This document shows, piece by piece, positions 14,045 to 26,295 of a stretch of 64,000 bases of DNA. The first letter of the stretch is position 1, and each line of letters begins with the position of its first letter. Below the pieces are notes generated by a model. It searched no databases and was not told the origin of the DNA. It saw nothing but the letters and a program-made list of their open reading frames with translations. Source of the stretch: Marsupella aquatica (lineage: Eukaryota; Plantae; Marchantiophyta); contig OZ316891.1 in the NCBI GenBank assembly GCA_973895155.1, positions 17,482,095 through 17,546,094 on the forward strand, read 5' to 3'. A program made the position numbers and the translations under genes.

Positions 14045-14360
14045 GAGAATTTGAGCTGTGGTACAAAATTCATTCTACTTAGGTTTTGTGAGTTTTTCAT
14101 GCATATTGTAATACTCAAAGTCTTTCTGAGAATTTGAGTGTGGTACAACATTCTAGGTAGTTCTTGTGAGCTTTTTATGATTGTATATTTTAATATTCTA
14201 TGTCTTTCTGAAAATTGGAGTTGGTACAAAATTATAGGTAACTTTTGTGAGTTTTTCATGCAGACTCTAATATTCCACGTCTTTTTGAGAGTTTGAGTCT
14301 GTGGTACGAATTCTATAGTAGGTAGCTTTTGTGAGTTTTTCATGCATATTCTAAGTCTTT
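14045..14360. repeat. Diverged tandem repeat, ~75-85-bp unit x4
   Basis: Recurring GAGAATTTGAG..TGGTACAA..ATTC..TAGGT..TTTTGTGAGTTTTTCATGCA. Confidence 0.7.
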
Positions 14361-14444
14361 TGATGTGAAAAACACTGATTTATCAGTGTACATTGTTTGT
14401 AAAGCTAGTAGCAAGCAAAATGGAGAGAATGATTATTGCATGTT

Positions 14445-14446
<2 letters not shown>

Positions 14447-14479
<33 letters not shown>

Positions 14480-14655
14480 TCCGTAGTGCCCTGTCTGCAG
14501 GAGGGAGGAAATTAAAGCCAGCAAGCGAGCAATATGGTGAAGGTTTTCACCCTGGCCGAGGTGGAGACACACAACAATAAGGATTGCTGGCTTGTGATCG
14601 ATGGCAAGGTTTACGATGTGACCAAGTTTCTCGAGGAGCATGGCATCCCGGTGGG
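14447..14655 (+). pseudogene. Truncated, frameshifted cytochrome b5 copy: (GA)n leader plus N-terminal heme-domain fragment, ATG at 14534
   Basis: MVKVFTLAEVETHNNKDCWLVIDGKVYDVTKFLEEH; the HPGG motif is split by a 5-nt insertion GGCAT (14642-14646) and similarity stops after CCCGGTGGG. Confidence 0.85.
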
Positions 14656-16032
14656 GTGTGGGATACTCCTTGATTTGTTGGGCCTCTTTGGTCGTCTTGG
14701 GGTTTTTCCCTTTCCCCCTTTATTGAGTTCTTTTACCTTTGGGACCATGTCTCCAGGTTTGACATTCCAGTCTTGTGATATATATAGAGAACTCATAATT
14801 ATCAACTTTTAACTTATTGATGCTAAAAAATGTGACTATCTGTACTTTAAAAGGCTTGTTAGTAACTGGACCAAGTAAACGGAGGTCCAAAGACCATTAC
14901 AAAGAAAACAGTAGAAGATTTGTCCCTAAGCCCGTAGATACGGGGACTAATAGATGATCTAACGGTCGATATTAAATCGAGAACGATCCTACAGGCAATA
15001 TACTATGTCAGTAGCAGAATGTAACTACTGTAGGCACCAGTAGCGAAGTCGCTGACTTATGTCCATCCAGTTGCATTTTCATTTTTATAGGAAAAGAGAG
15101 AAAAAGGGGGTCTGTTTATTATTATTATACTCCAATCTCGAGCACGACTCAGTCATTGGCTCTCCGTACATTATTTTTGTCCATTCCGTTCGGCATTCTC
15201 GAGTGCTCAATCTTTGGGAGAAGGCAGGAAACCAGCTCCTAAATCGCTGATTGATCTACACTCAGGCAACCAGCACTCGACCCAATAATAGCAGTACAGA
15301 AGAGTTCCGTTGTTTCTTAGGTCCGTCTGATGAGCCATCAATCAAGTCGAACACCTCCGCAAACGAGGGGTAGTTTCGATCGGATGGACTAATTGATTTG
15401 ATTGATTGCGGATTCTGCTTGGTTCATCAAAGTGACGGTGCGGCGCGGTGCGGTGTGGTCGAGGGTGTGGTATGGTGGTGTTGGTGGAGTAGGATTACCT
15501 GATCAGATGGCAGCCAGTTGGGCAGGGATAGGTTTGTCGGCTAAAATGAAGTCTTCTTCCGACCCTCTTCGAACGTCTAAACTTTCTCTGAATATGGCCC
15601 CGAGTTTTGGAATTGGGGCACACGACTAGAATTGTGCCTGTGAGCATGTGTGTGACAGACATGCGAGTCACTGTTTATTCCCAACTAAGGGATGACACCA
15701 CTTGGTGCGTTGGGTTGATACTGATCGAGTGAATGCGGATTCTAGGGATATGGCGTGCGTCTAGCGATCGATCTGCGGAGCGTTGGCGCAAGTCGTGTCG
15801 AATTTCTTTTTTGTGTGAACAACGCCAATTGCGAGTTCGAGTAAATACAGATTGACTCGGTTGTTACCTAGCAATTGGCAAGGTCATCCTACAGTTGTGA
15901 CATCATATGTTTTTCAGGTACAGTCATTTCAAGTGGCCTCAAGGAATCCCTGGCAGAGTTCATTCAGATTGTAGATTCATGTAGAAAGATGGTTTGATTA
16001 GTGATCGGCTAGTACGCGGTCGAGCGAGAAGG

Positions 16033-17754
16033 ATGGATCGGCTGGTGCTTTTGGATCCGCCAGAGTTGACCATACGGGTCGAAACTGGGAGGAAATCTGT
16101 AGGCACATTACAGCTGAGGAACGTCATGCATACGATGCCAGTAGCCGTGAAAATTGAGTGTTCTACTCCGAAGAAGTTTGTTATGAAGCCACCTCACGCT
16201 ATAATTGCGCCTCTCGGTGTTGTGAGCGTCGATATTATCATCAATCCTCAGTTCCATATTCCCGAGTCCTTTCCTCTATGCCTAGATCAGTTCACGATCA
16301 AAAGCGTGGTTGTCCCCGGGAGCTATGATAGCCGGAGTACTGTTTGCCTTGACTGGTTCACTTCTAAGAAGAAGGCGATCTTCTGCGACACGGGACTCAA
16401 GATTAAGGTGATAGGAGGTAGATTTCTTAGAAACCTCATAAATCAGGGTTGCATGGACGCTGTTAGGGATATGCTGGAGCGAGACCCCTCGGTCGCTGAT
16501 TCTACAGACGATAATGGCCAAACGGCCATGCATGTGGCAGTATCAATTCAGAGAGCGGAAATAGTGCAACTTCTTTTGGAATTCAATGCCAATCTAGAAT
16601 TACGGAACAGAGCTGGTCAAACTCCACTCCAACAAGCCGCTAGTGCTGGAGAAGGGCTCATTACTGAACTGTTAGTGGCTAAAGGCGCTAATCCAGAGGC
16701 ACGGAATGATTTCGGATGGACTTCTCTTCACCATGCTACCGTTAAAGGGCACTACGACGTGATGGAACTTCTGATCGACCATGGAGCAGACATCGATGCT
16801 GTCATTCTTGACGGGCGGACTGCCATCCACATGGCGGTGGCCGAGGGTTACAAGCACTGTCTCAATCTTCTTCTAGAAAAGGGTTGCGATGTCAATGCTC
16901 GAAGCCTCGACGGACGAACAGCATTGCATACTGCAGCTGCCCGGGGTCATGTTGCATTTGTGAAAGTTTTGTTAGAAGCTGGTGCCGACACGAACGTGAG
17001 GAACTTGAAAGGGCGAACTCCATATGACGAAGCAGCAAAGGCGGGCCAGACACTACTATTCGACTCGCTTCTTTTGGGGGACTGTCTTCGCCGATCTGCA
17101 AGGCAAGGTGACATCAGGAGAGTAAGAAAATTTGCAAGAAACGGCGCAATTATCGATGGGGAGGACCAATGCGGTTGGACTGCTCTTCATCGAGCAGCAT
17201 TCAAAGGTCGGATCAACGTAGTTAAATTTCTCGTTGAAAAGGGAGCAGATGTCAATCACAAAGATGAGGAAGGGTACACTGCTCTCCACACAGCTGTGGA
17301 ATCAGGTCAGAAGGAGGTCGTGCAGTTCCTTTTGGAGAAGGGTGCCAACGTACTTGAGAAGACGAGGCGCGGACAGACCCCGCTTCACCTTGCTACTACT
17401 TTCAGTTACCCGGGCATCGTTCAAATTCTCGTGAAGGCAGGAACCTCCGACGGTCCACGGCTCAGTGGCTTTGATAAAGGGTCTTCCAATTTGTTTAGCG
17501 ACATTATCGCTAAGGGTAGAAATGAAGCAGGCATGGAAAATATACTGAGCAAGCAACCTTACAACATTGCAAAGTATCTGGAGCCGGTCTCCTTTGGTTC
17601 TCCTGATAGCAGTGACAAATTTTCTCGAAGGAATCTCTGTCAAGATTCAAGCTTCAAATTTATTGGTAGACTTAGCGAAGATTCTCAATTGATGAATGAC
17701 GTCTTTAGATCGGGACCTACCTTTGGCAGCCCCATTTCACTACCAAAATCTTAG
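16033..17754 (+). CDS. VPY: VAPYRIN (N-terminal MSP/VAP domain, ~9-10 ankyrin repeats, Ser-rich tail), 573 aa, single coding exon; probable 5'-UTR intron ending ~15917
   Basis: MDRLVLLDP...LRNVMHTMPVAVKI...IIAPL...FTIKSVVVPG...DWFTSKKKAIFCDTGLKI follows the VAPYRIN N-terminal signature; repeated G-x-T-[AP]-L-H-x-A ankyrin units. Confidence 0.9.
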   Translation: MDRLVLLDPPELTIRVETGRKSVGTLQLRNVMHTMPVAVKIECSTPKKFVMKPPHAIIAPLGVVSVDIIINPQFHIPESFPLCLDQFTIKSVVVPGSYDSRSTVCLDWFTSKKKAIFCDTGLKIKVIGGRFLRNLINQGCMDAVRDMLERDPSVADSTDDNGQTAMHVAVSIQRAEIVQLLLEFNANLELRNRAGQTPLQQAASAGEGLITELLVAKGANPEARNDFGWTSLHHATVKGHYDVMELLIDHGADIDAVILDGRTAIHMAVAEGYKHCLNLLLEKGCDVNARSLDGRTALHTAAARGHVAFVKVLLEAGADTNVRNLKGRTPYDEAAKAGQTLLFDSLLLGDCLRRSARQGDIRRVRKFARNGAIIDGEDQCGWTALHRAAFKGRINVVKFLVEKGADVNHKDEEGYTALHTAVESGQKEVVQFLLEKGANVLEKTRRGQTPLHLATTFSYPGIVQILVKAGTSDGPRLSGFDKGSSNLFSDIIAKGRNEAGMENILSKQPYNIAKYLEPVSFGSPDSSDKFSRRNLCQDSSFKFIGRLSEDSQLMNDVFRSGPTFGSPISLPKS

Positions 17755-20233
17755 AGACGACAGGTGATGCATGCATATCGAGTCAAACAGGATTGAATTT
17801 GTACAATATTACCAGTCAAAGTACTTTAGATGCCCTCCAGTCATGATAGTTTTTACACAAGCTTGCATCCATATATTTTGTAGGTTAGTTCGCATTGGAT
17901 GCAAGAGGCGGCCTACTTAAATTCGCCTAAAAACACGCTATTCGTGAAAAAGACACTCCAGTACTCCTAGACCCGGGACAATGAGCTGTTCAGACATGTA
18001 TATTACAGTGTGCACGACGGTGCAATGATTGTGCTCTCTAGTTTGGCGCTTAACATAAACGATCGCCGGCAATGGACTATCGAACCGCAAATCGAACTTG
18101 ATCAGAATAGAAGAGGTACAAGTACCATAGTGATGAAACTCATAGAAGGGTTCAAGCATGTCAAAAAAATAAAACACGTTGTGAATTCATCATGGATAAA
18201 GGTTTCAGTCAGGCCAGTAGCATGTTCGCTTAGAGTTTGGATCAAGAAATACGCACATTCTCGTTCCAAATTCTGGGCTCTTTTCGGAAACTTGGGGGAA
18301 GTGGCATTCGGTAGAACTTGGAATAGAACCCTTCTCATCATTCTCGTCTTCTCGTTATTTCATAAATACTCTCTTTCATGGTCTTCTGTACACTTGGATC
18401 ACCAATGGATTATTTACAGGCAGTGTTCCTCGTCGCACCCGCTTTCAATTTTTTATCGCCTGCGTCTGAATCTCAGCTGGCAGCGCTACGAGTGGATGAT
18501 GCAAAACCTTCGAAGCTAGGGGGCTTTATACTACCAACCCGACAACAAATGATCTGTTGTTTCCAAGACAACAAATGACCTGTTCTTTTGCTACCGTAGG
18601 GCTCCAGTTTTGCTTTACATGAAAATGAGTGTTCAATTGCACAGAAAGATCTCTCATTCTTAAATGGACAAAATATCCCAATCTTTCATGCAGTCGAGTG
18701 GGTCCCCTAGCTAAATTTTAAAGACCACTCCCTCGTGAGGTGGTATTTCGAAAGGACCTATGTAGCTTTTAGATTCATCTTAATGGTTCATGTAAAGTGA
18801 TGAATAACTTTGTCTTTACATGAAATAGACTACATGAAATAGATCACGTGGACTGCAATGGCTCCCCTAAAATGCTTGTGGCCAAAGTTTAAACCGCCTC
18901 CGGAGCTGGTATCTAGAATCTGTCTCTCCATTTGTTCTCAAAATGCACTACGTACCTGAACACTTTTTCGTGGGCAATCCATTTAACCTATGGACTAGGT
19001 TTGGTAAGACACAAGCTGATCGAGTGATCTGTGGGGGATGTTGTGGATAAGGTATGGTAAAACACAAGCTGATCAAGGCCACCTGTGGGGCAAGTGTTGA
19101 ACGTCTGCTGTCTGTGATGAATGAGTTATGACGGAGGCGGCTGGAATTTGATAGGCTCGTCAAAAGCAAAGTCTCGACAAGAAACAAGAAGATGACAATC
19201 ACAGATAGAACTAAAGACGGCAGTCTGGTGTATGTTGACTCCAACAGAGGTTAATTTACCATATCTGTCGTTGCGCAAGCGTCTGAGGCATCAGTGACAC
19301 ACTACCGTATAAACTCTCATTTGAGTACATTGGTACAAGTTTCGGGGCATTCCTGTTAATCTCAAGCATGGTGGCAGAATGGACAGGGTACCCTAGCTCA
19401 CAAAAGGTATCGGAGGACAATGATCTCCAATTCAGCATAGAGAGACTCATAGACATCTCACACCCTAGCTTATTGACCTTTGGCTCAGTAGGGATTTTGT
19501 TTTATTCTTTGGCCATTCGAGATTCTTGGCTTATTGACCTTTCGGCTTCTTGGCTCTCTGTTTTCTCTTCTTCCCCCCTTTATTGGGTTTTCTGCCTTTC
19601 GCATCATGTGTGCCAGTTAGGCCATTTTGTTCCTTTGCAGTTCTCTCTATAGATATATAGAGGGTACCGAGGTAGATTATGGGAGACATGTTCGATAGAC
19701 ACCGAATATTTTTTCCTACACAGAAATTACACAATCGAGGGGATCTTTTTGCCTTTTGGGATCACGTCTCCCGGTTGGGGGAGTTCCTGTTTTTTGGCAG
19801 TATTATTATTATTATATATAAAGGTAGAGCTGGCGTGCACACTAGTAGAAACTTTATTTGAACAAGAACAGTAGAAACTGTCTTTCGAAAAAGACAGTAG
19901 AAACTTGTAAGGCTGACCATTTCACATGCCTCCAGATTTTTTTATTTTTTTTATTTTTTTCTCCAGATATAGACGATCGATAAAATACTGTGATGAGGAG
20001 ACACGGGGCTAGGAGTAGGGGAGACGTCCGCATTGAGCCAGTGCACGAGGATATAGATTAAGCAGTGCTTGTCGAGATATGGTTTGTCCGTGTCGTACGA
20101 AACACAAGTCAACTAAGGTAGGGGATCTAAATATAAAATGTTAATGGAAATTCAAACTTTTCTAAAAGTTTATGATTTATTAGGGGCAACCCTTTAGAGA
20201 ATCTGAAGCCCAGATGGACAGAGACATTGTCCC

Positions 20234-20346
20234 TGCGGATCCCCATGGACTGCGTATAGCAATGGTTGCTTTTACACCAAAAAGAAAACGGAATGCGGAT
20301 CCCCATGGAATGCATATAGCAATAGTCCCTTTTACACCAAAGAGAA
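20234..20346. repeat. 60-bp tandem duplication
   Basis: TGCGGATCCCCATGGA..GC.TATAGCAAT.GT..CTTTTACACCAAA at 20234 and 20294. Confidence 0.8.
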
Positions 20347-23300
20347 TAAAGAATTGTTTGTGGATAGCACAGTTGACAACTTTGACTACCTTGTGGAGAA
20401 AGTAATCAAGATGTCATCATGTTCTTAGAACCTCAATTGAGTGGCTTAGTAATGCTGTCGGAGAATAATGGAGCTTCTTTGTCATGAAGCTCCAATCTCA
20501 GTCCAATTGAAAGCAAGCAAAATGAATCCATGAGATGAAAATGGAGATTGAAATATTTGTGCCACTCGCTCCCATGCATATCACAGATTTAAGCCGGCCA
20601 CTTAAGAAATTTGCAAAAGTCCTCATGAACTTCACTAGTTAATAGCACATTTTCAAACTGTATGTGACATGCATCTTGACGACTTACTCTACAGGGTCAT
20701 CAAAGTAGTCAATATTAGCAACGTAAAACCTTACCTTTGAATTTGGCAGATTGGGTTCATTTATTTGAAGAGCTACTGGATCTCCATTTAAGCTTAAAAA
20801 AATCCAGCATGGTTCTCTGATATCCAATATATTGCCTGAAAAATTTTGGGCTTTTTTTGAGATCATTTGTTACATTTGCAATGAGCACGAAGATGGTCAC
20901 ATCTTCTAAAATAATCATGATATCATTTACACTTAGAAATTTTCATGTGGGTCAACTGAACTCGAGTGTTCCTGAGCACTGAAGGGCATGACGTCTTGAT
21001 GTCTTACAGGTTCAAGGTTGTCAAGTAGTCAACTTACCGAGGCAAACGATTTGGTAATGTAAGTGAAACCCGCTGCAAACAGGTAGGAGACCATTTTACA
21101 GGTAGTTTTTCAATCAAAAGTAAAATTGTTATCTGAGTCACTACAAATGTTCTGAGCAAGTCTATCCAAGGACCTTTCCCAGTTTGTCAGGAATTCATAG
21201 ACAAAGTGGAGGTTCATCCGGGCTTAGTTTCAACCATACATCTTATCTAAAGTAAATTCATTGGAAAGAAAAATATACATGTATATCAAAAATCTCAAAA
21301 AGAGAAAGAACTTGAGTAGGCTCCTGAACAAGGTAACACCAGATAATGTACTTATTTATTAAAAAATATGCTCCCCACTTGTTTTCAAAATGTACATAAT
21401 TATTAAAAACAGAATTAAAAGAGTACAAACACACTGTAAAAATATTAATGTTAAATCACATGCTAAGGAAACTTTTGCCCGCCTTAAGCCTAACGGTCCT
21501 CAAAAATGATATTTTAATTGGATACTTTGTTTAATGAGAATGCCCGTTCAATGTTGATAGGCATAATGAGAAAATTAATCATTTCATAACAAATGTTGCA
21601 TAGTTCTTTTGATTCACAAAAAATTTTAAGAGAGATATACTTAATGGATGTCCAAATGCAACTTTTCTACTTAACAAACCAAAAGTTCTCAGGGGGGTCA
21701 CTTCCATGGAAGTGGCATATCATGTGCGACAAAGTATAGGGCCATTTAAATGGTTTTGGCGGAATACTTATTAAGTCTTCTATGGAAATATAGGGTTGTA
21801 TAATTACAAAATGTATACGTGTCATCACATGATTGGTGCCGTACAACTTTCTAGAAAGTGACTTAGGGGGGTCATAAATGACCCAAACCGTCGCAGTGAT
21901 GTATGACCCTTCATATAGTGACCCCCCCCCGAGCAAAAGTTTCACTCTCACCCATTGGACCTCCAGGCGCACTAGAAGTATCATTTCATGTGAGATCGAT
22001 GTACTTCTAGCGCACTATGCAATCCTTATAAATAACGCAAGATTTTCATTGTAAAGTGCAGCATGCATGTTCTATTGTTCTTGTGTCTGACCGTGACGTG
22101 GAATGCAATCGACTACGATCACAGTTCCGAGTGAATCAATGTATTGACATTGTATACATTGACCACAATGCGTACAAAAATGGGTACAAACATCAACTGA
22201 CAGTAAATATTAATGTCAAACGAGCCATATGTCGTGCGGCCGCACAACGACAGCCTCGCAGTTAGTTCATGTATACATTGACATCACTGTATACAAATGG
22301 GTATACAATATCACAATGTTGGATGAATGAGGCATTGTGCAATCACAACATATACAAAGCGGTGTAGACATTGACATCCATGTATAACAAATATATTATA
22401 TATAGTTAAACAACTTAGGGTTTGGAGTAAACCTTGGCGTAGGCGCGTAAAAGCTAAATATGCTTATATACTTAGCCAAATACGTTCTTGATGATGTATT
22501 CAGAGGAGGACCTGCCAAAGCACTCAAATGTTATATATATGTACAGAGCTTTTGCACGTTCCTGTCATTTTACACAACATTTCTTTGATGCACATGCTTT
22601 GCGCATGAGCTTGCACGTCAGAGTCGTGATTGTTTCCACTCCCCTAATGTGTACAGTACGCTTAAAGGGAGCATGGAGGCGGGCATGGAGGACAAATGTC
22701 GAGAAACCAACCAAAACACAATGAGAACAAAATGGGTTCCATAAAGGGAGGGCGCGCACGGCGGCGGCCACATTTGAATTTCAAAAATTCCTTGAAAAGT
22801 TGTATATGTTACCTACAATAGCAAGGAGGTTGGGGAAGGTATGGCGCTTGCAAGCTCCAATGCAGTCGTAACGAGAGTCGTAAACTATTTTCTTTGTATC
22901 TTCTTGAGTACTAAAGTGACAATGTATTCTGAAAAGCTGAGAAAGCACAAAGGCACTTGCGTGCTCTAATGTTGCTGCAAACTTGTTCAATAAATTGTAG
23001 TTTGAATACAAAAGTCAATCATATTGTATTCAACAAAACTAGGAAGCCATGGGGTTGCAGCTGCTCCATTGTGGCAAGGGGCCATGCATGGCACTTGAAT
23101 GTGCAATCCATGCACTGCGGAGTTATTGTCGGCCTACTACACCTGACCAACCACAATGTTCACAGAGTACGCAGTGGACCTAAACTCTATGGTAAAGTGT
23201 TTTACAATAACATTATTGTACGGAGTGGGCCCGGAGGTCTATTGGGAGAGAATGTGCAACTTTTGGTCTAGTTAGCTGTTAAGTAAAAAAAGTTGCATTT

Positions 23301-23750
23301 GGAGATCCACTAACTATATCTCTCTAAATTTTGATGGGACCTGAAGTTATAGTCCACAGGTTTGACCCCAACTCTAGCTTCTCATGGCAATTTATTAGTA
23401 AGATAAAAATTGGAGGTGTGATACACTTTCCAATGATTGTGCCTCCCTCCCATGTATGTGACGACCTTCTGTGCAACTTCGTGTCCATAATTAGTTACTT
23501 ATCTTTTAGTAACTAATTACACGGACTCCTGCCTGCCCTCCTGTGCCGTATTTATATGTACTGTGGTGCATGCCGGCCTCCCCTTATTGCCTATTGTCTC
23601 CTTTATCTTTTCTTTCATAAATCCAACTACCATAATTATACTCACCATGTAAAGGTCGGTCACAAATGAATCCGGCCTTTTCAATTTTAATTTAAGCAGA
23701 CAAACCTCCAATTTTGGTTGGCTAGCAGATTATAGTGATTTATGTGATCA

Positions 23751-24662
23751 CTAGCTCAATACCCGTGCGTTGCACAAAAGATGTCGTGTTGCCCAAGATA
23801 TCGTTAAGAGAAAACATGTTGTGTGCTCTAAGATGTTGTGAAGACAAAAAGATATTGTGTCGCCCAAGATGTCGTTAAGAAAAAATATGTTGTGTCGCCC
23901 AAGATGCCGTTAAGTAAAAAACATGTGGTGTCGCCCAAGATGTAGTTAAGAAAGAAAATGTTGTGTTGCCCAACTGAAGATGTCAAACATGAAGAAACAA
24001 ATGTCATGTCGCCCAATGTGTCATTAATAAAGAAAAAATATATCGTGTCACCCAAGATGTTGTTAAGAAAAAAGATGTTGTGACACCCAAGATGTAATTA
24101 AGAAAAATGATATATTGTGTCACCCAAGATGTCCTTAAGACAAAAGATATTGTTAAGAAAAAAGATGTTGTGGTACCCAATATGTCCTTAACAAAAGAAA
24201 TGCCACATTGCCCAAGATGTGGTTAAGAGAAAAGTTGTCGTTAAGTAAAAAAGACATTGTTAAGACAAAAGTTGCATAAAAGATGGTGTGGTGAGAAAAA
24301 GATGTTGAGGTGAGAAAAAGATGTCAAGGAGAGAAATGTTGAGGTGAGAAAAATGTTGAGGGTGAGGGAAAGATGTTGTGGTGAGATAAAAATGTGAAGG
24401 TGAGAAACAGGTCACATGCATGTTGAGGTGAAAACAAATGTCAATGAGAAAAAGAGACATTGAGGTGAGACAAAGAAGTCAAGGTGAAGAAAAGATGTCG
24501 AGGAGAGAAAAAACATGGCGAGGTGAGAAAAAGACATTTAGGTTCACTCTATATTTAATTTCATTTTGGTTTTATCCCTTCTCTGTATTGATTACTTCTT
24601 TTCTAGGCACTGTATTTTTGAATGACAACCACTGCATAAAAATGCGCAACCTTGTATTATAA
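23751..24662 (-). mobile_element. Non-autonomous Helitron-like element with internal arrays of short CCCAAGATGT / GAGGTGAGAAAA repeats
   Basis: Minus-strand 3' end reads GTGCAACGCACGGGTATTGAGCTAG|T (Helitron hairpin plus CTAG); its 5' end TATAATACAAGGTTGC matches the copy at 35439. Confidence 0.72.
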
Positions 24663-24927
24663 TTCTTGATTACTAGTCAAATAATGATGTTATACACAAT
24701 CCCTCTATTTGATAAATTAGACTTGTTCTAGACTGTCTGATTTCTTGTACTTGGACTTAATCATGCCTAGTACGGTATTAATGTCTATAATGTTGTTCTT
24801 GTAGTTATTCCTATATATACACAATGAGTGATGTCATATTGTTTGATCTATAGAGAGAGCCAGGCCCCGCCAGAGGCCTGGCCTGGAAGCTTAGAAATGG
24901 AAATAAAGAAGAAGACTTGGAACAGTA

Positions 24928-26295
24928 AGTTTACCCCTGACAACCTAGGGCATGGGTTGTCGTGCATTTTGTTGGAGTGTCATTTGCATTGTCCAGTCTC
25001 AGCTACAGTAAGTGAGGACAAAACATATATTTGTATCTCATTGATCAAAAGAACATCTTGGTCCCCTTAAGGAAATTCCAGCAGTCTCTGTTTCCTTATA
25101 CAATTTTGCTTAACAGCTTTTTTGTGCGTAATAGCTTTTTATCAACCTGTCCCCCTAACTTGCCTGCTTTTTATCAACCTGTCCCCCTAACTTGCCTAAA
25201 TTTCTAAGTTGTCCCCCAAACAAATTTAATTGGTTCCCTGCGCCCCCCCCCCCCCCCCCCCAAGACTGTATATGGGTTAGTATTAACCCAACTTGGGGTA
25301 CCCAATCCCAGGTGTCAAGGCGTGATTGGCCCCGAGTAACCTTTGATGTTTAGGCTGCTGTCAATACCTGCGATGTTTCATACCTTTGATGTTTATGCTG
25401 CTGTCGTCGTATCCCTAGCTATGGCAGCTGCGGCGCCCTCCAAAGCCCCCTCTGAGCCAGAATCGATGATAAATTCGTGGTGCTGTCAATGCAGCTTACT
25501 CAGGCGGAAGTCAAGAAGCGAATGTGTGAACATTCAGGAGAAGTTTTTCTTTGTGAAAAACAGCTAGGGCAAGAAAATGCAGGGACAAAAAGAGTGATAA
25601 TTTTGCTGCGGCTTTGTCTGTAAACCCTAGGGGCGAAGGTTGCAGCTGCTCAAAGGTCGAGAGTGAAGGCATGACACTGCCGAAAGTGAGGAGATGAATG
25701 TGTAAACATTCACTACATTTTTTCCTTTGTAAAAATAGGGCTGGCAAATGACAAAGTCGATGCTGCGTTTTCCTGTGTACTCGGGCTGCCAAAAAGCATC
25801 GGGGGTTCATGCGGGCTTAGGGGGAGCACTTGGTGGCTGTTTGGCCTCCTTCCGGGTCTGAAGTGAAGTCTGCAAGCTTCCAAAACGGGCCGCGAAGCGG
25901 AGGGGGAAGCGGAACTCAGGCCGGTTAGTCCGGGCCAATCACACCTTTGACACCTGGCATTGGGAACCCCAAATTGGGTGGTATGGGGAGAAGGGAAGCA
26001 AATAAATTAGTTTGGGGGACAGCTTAGAAATTTAGGCAAGTTAGGGGGACAGGTTCATAAAAAGCTTGATAAAAAGCTGTTACGCAAAAAAGCTGTTACG
26101 CAAGCAAAAAAGCTGTTACGCAAAATTGTACAAGGAAACAGAGACTGCTGGAATTTCCTTAAGGGGCCCAAGATGTTGTTTTGATCAATGAGATACAAAT
26201 ATATGTTTTGTCCTCACTTAGCTGAGACTGGACAATGCAAATGACACTCCAACAAAATGCACGACAACCCATGCCCTAGGTCTCAGGGGTAAACT
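24928..26295. mobile_element. Foldback / long-TIR non-autonomous element, arms ~24928-25341 and ~25923-26295
   Basis: The arms are reverse complements (AGTTTACCCCTGA..CCTAGGGCATGGGTTGTCGTGCATTTTGTTGGAGTGTC... vs ...GACACTCCAACAAAATGCACGACAACCCATGCCCTAGG..TCAGGGGTAAACT); no TSD seen. Confidence 0.85.

Noticed and set aside
14344-14351. P1BS-like GCATATTC and scattered CTTGTTC/MYCS-like words near VAPYRIN and STIG1
   Set aside because: Short motifs expected by chance; this one lies in a tandem repeat and the others are distant or downstream
18010-18519. 169-aa ORF after VAPYRIN
   Set aside because: GTG start, no domain features; probably 3'-UTR or intergenic
18950-19460. Possible decayed LINE 3' coding remnant
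   Set aside because: Only vague compositional resemblance; no motif I can read with confidence
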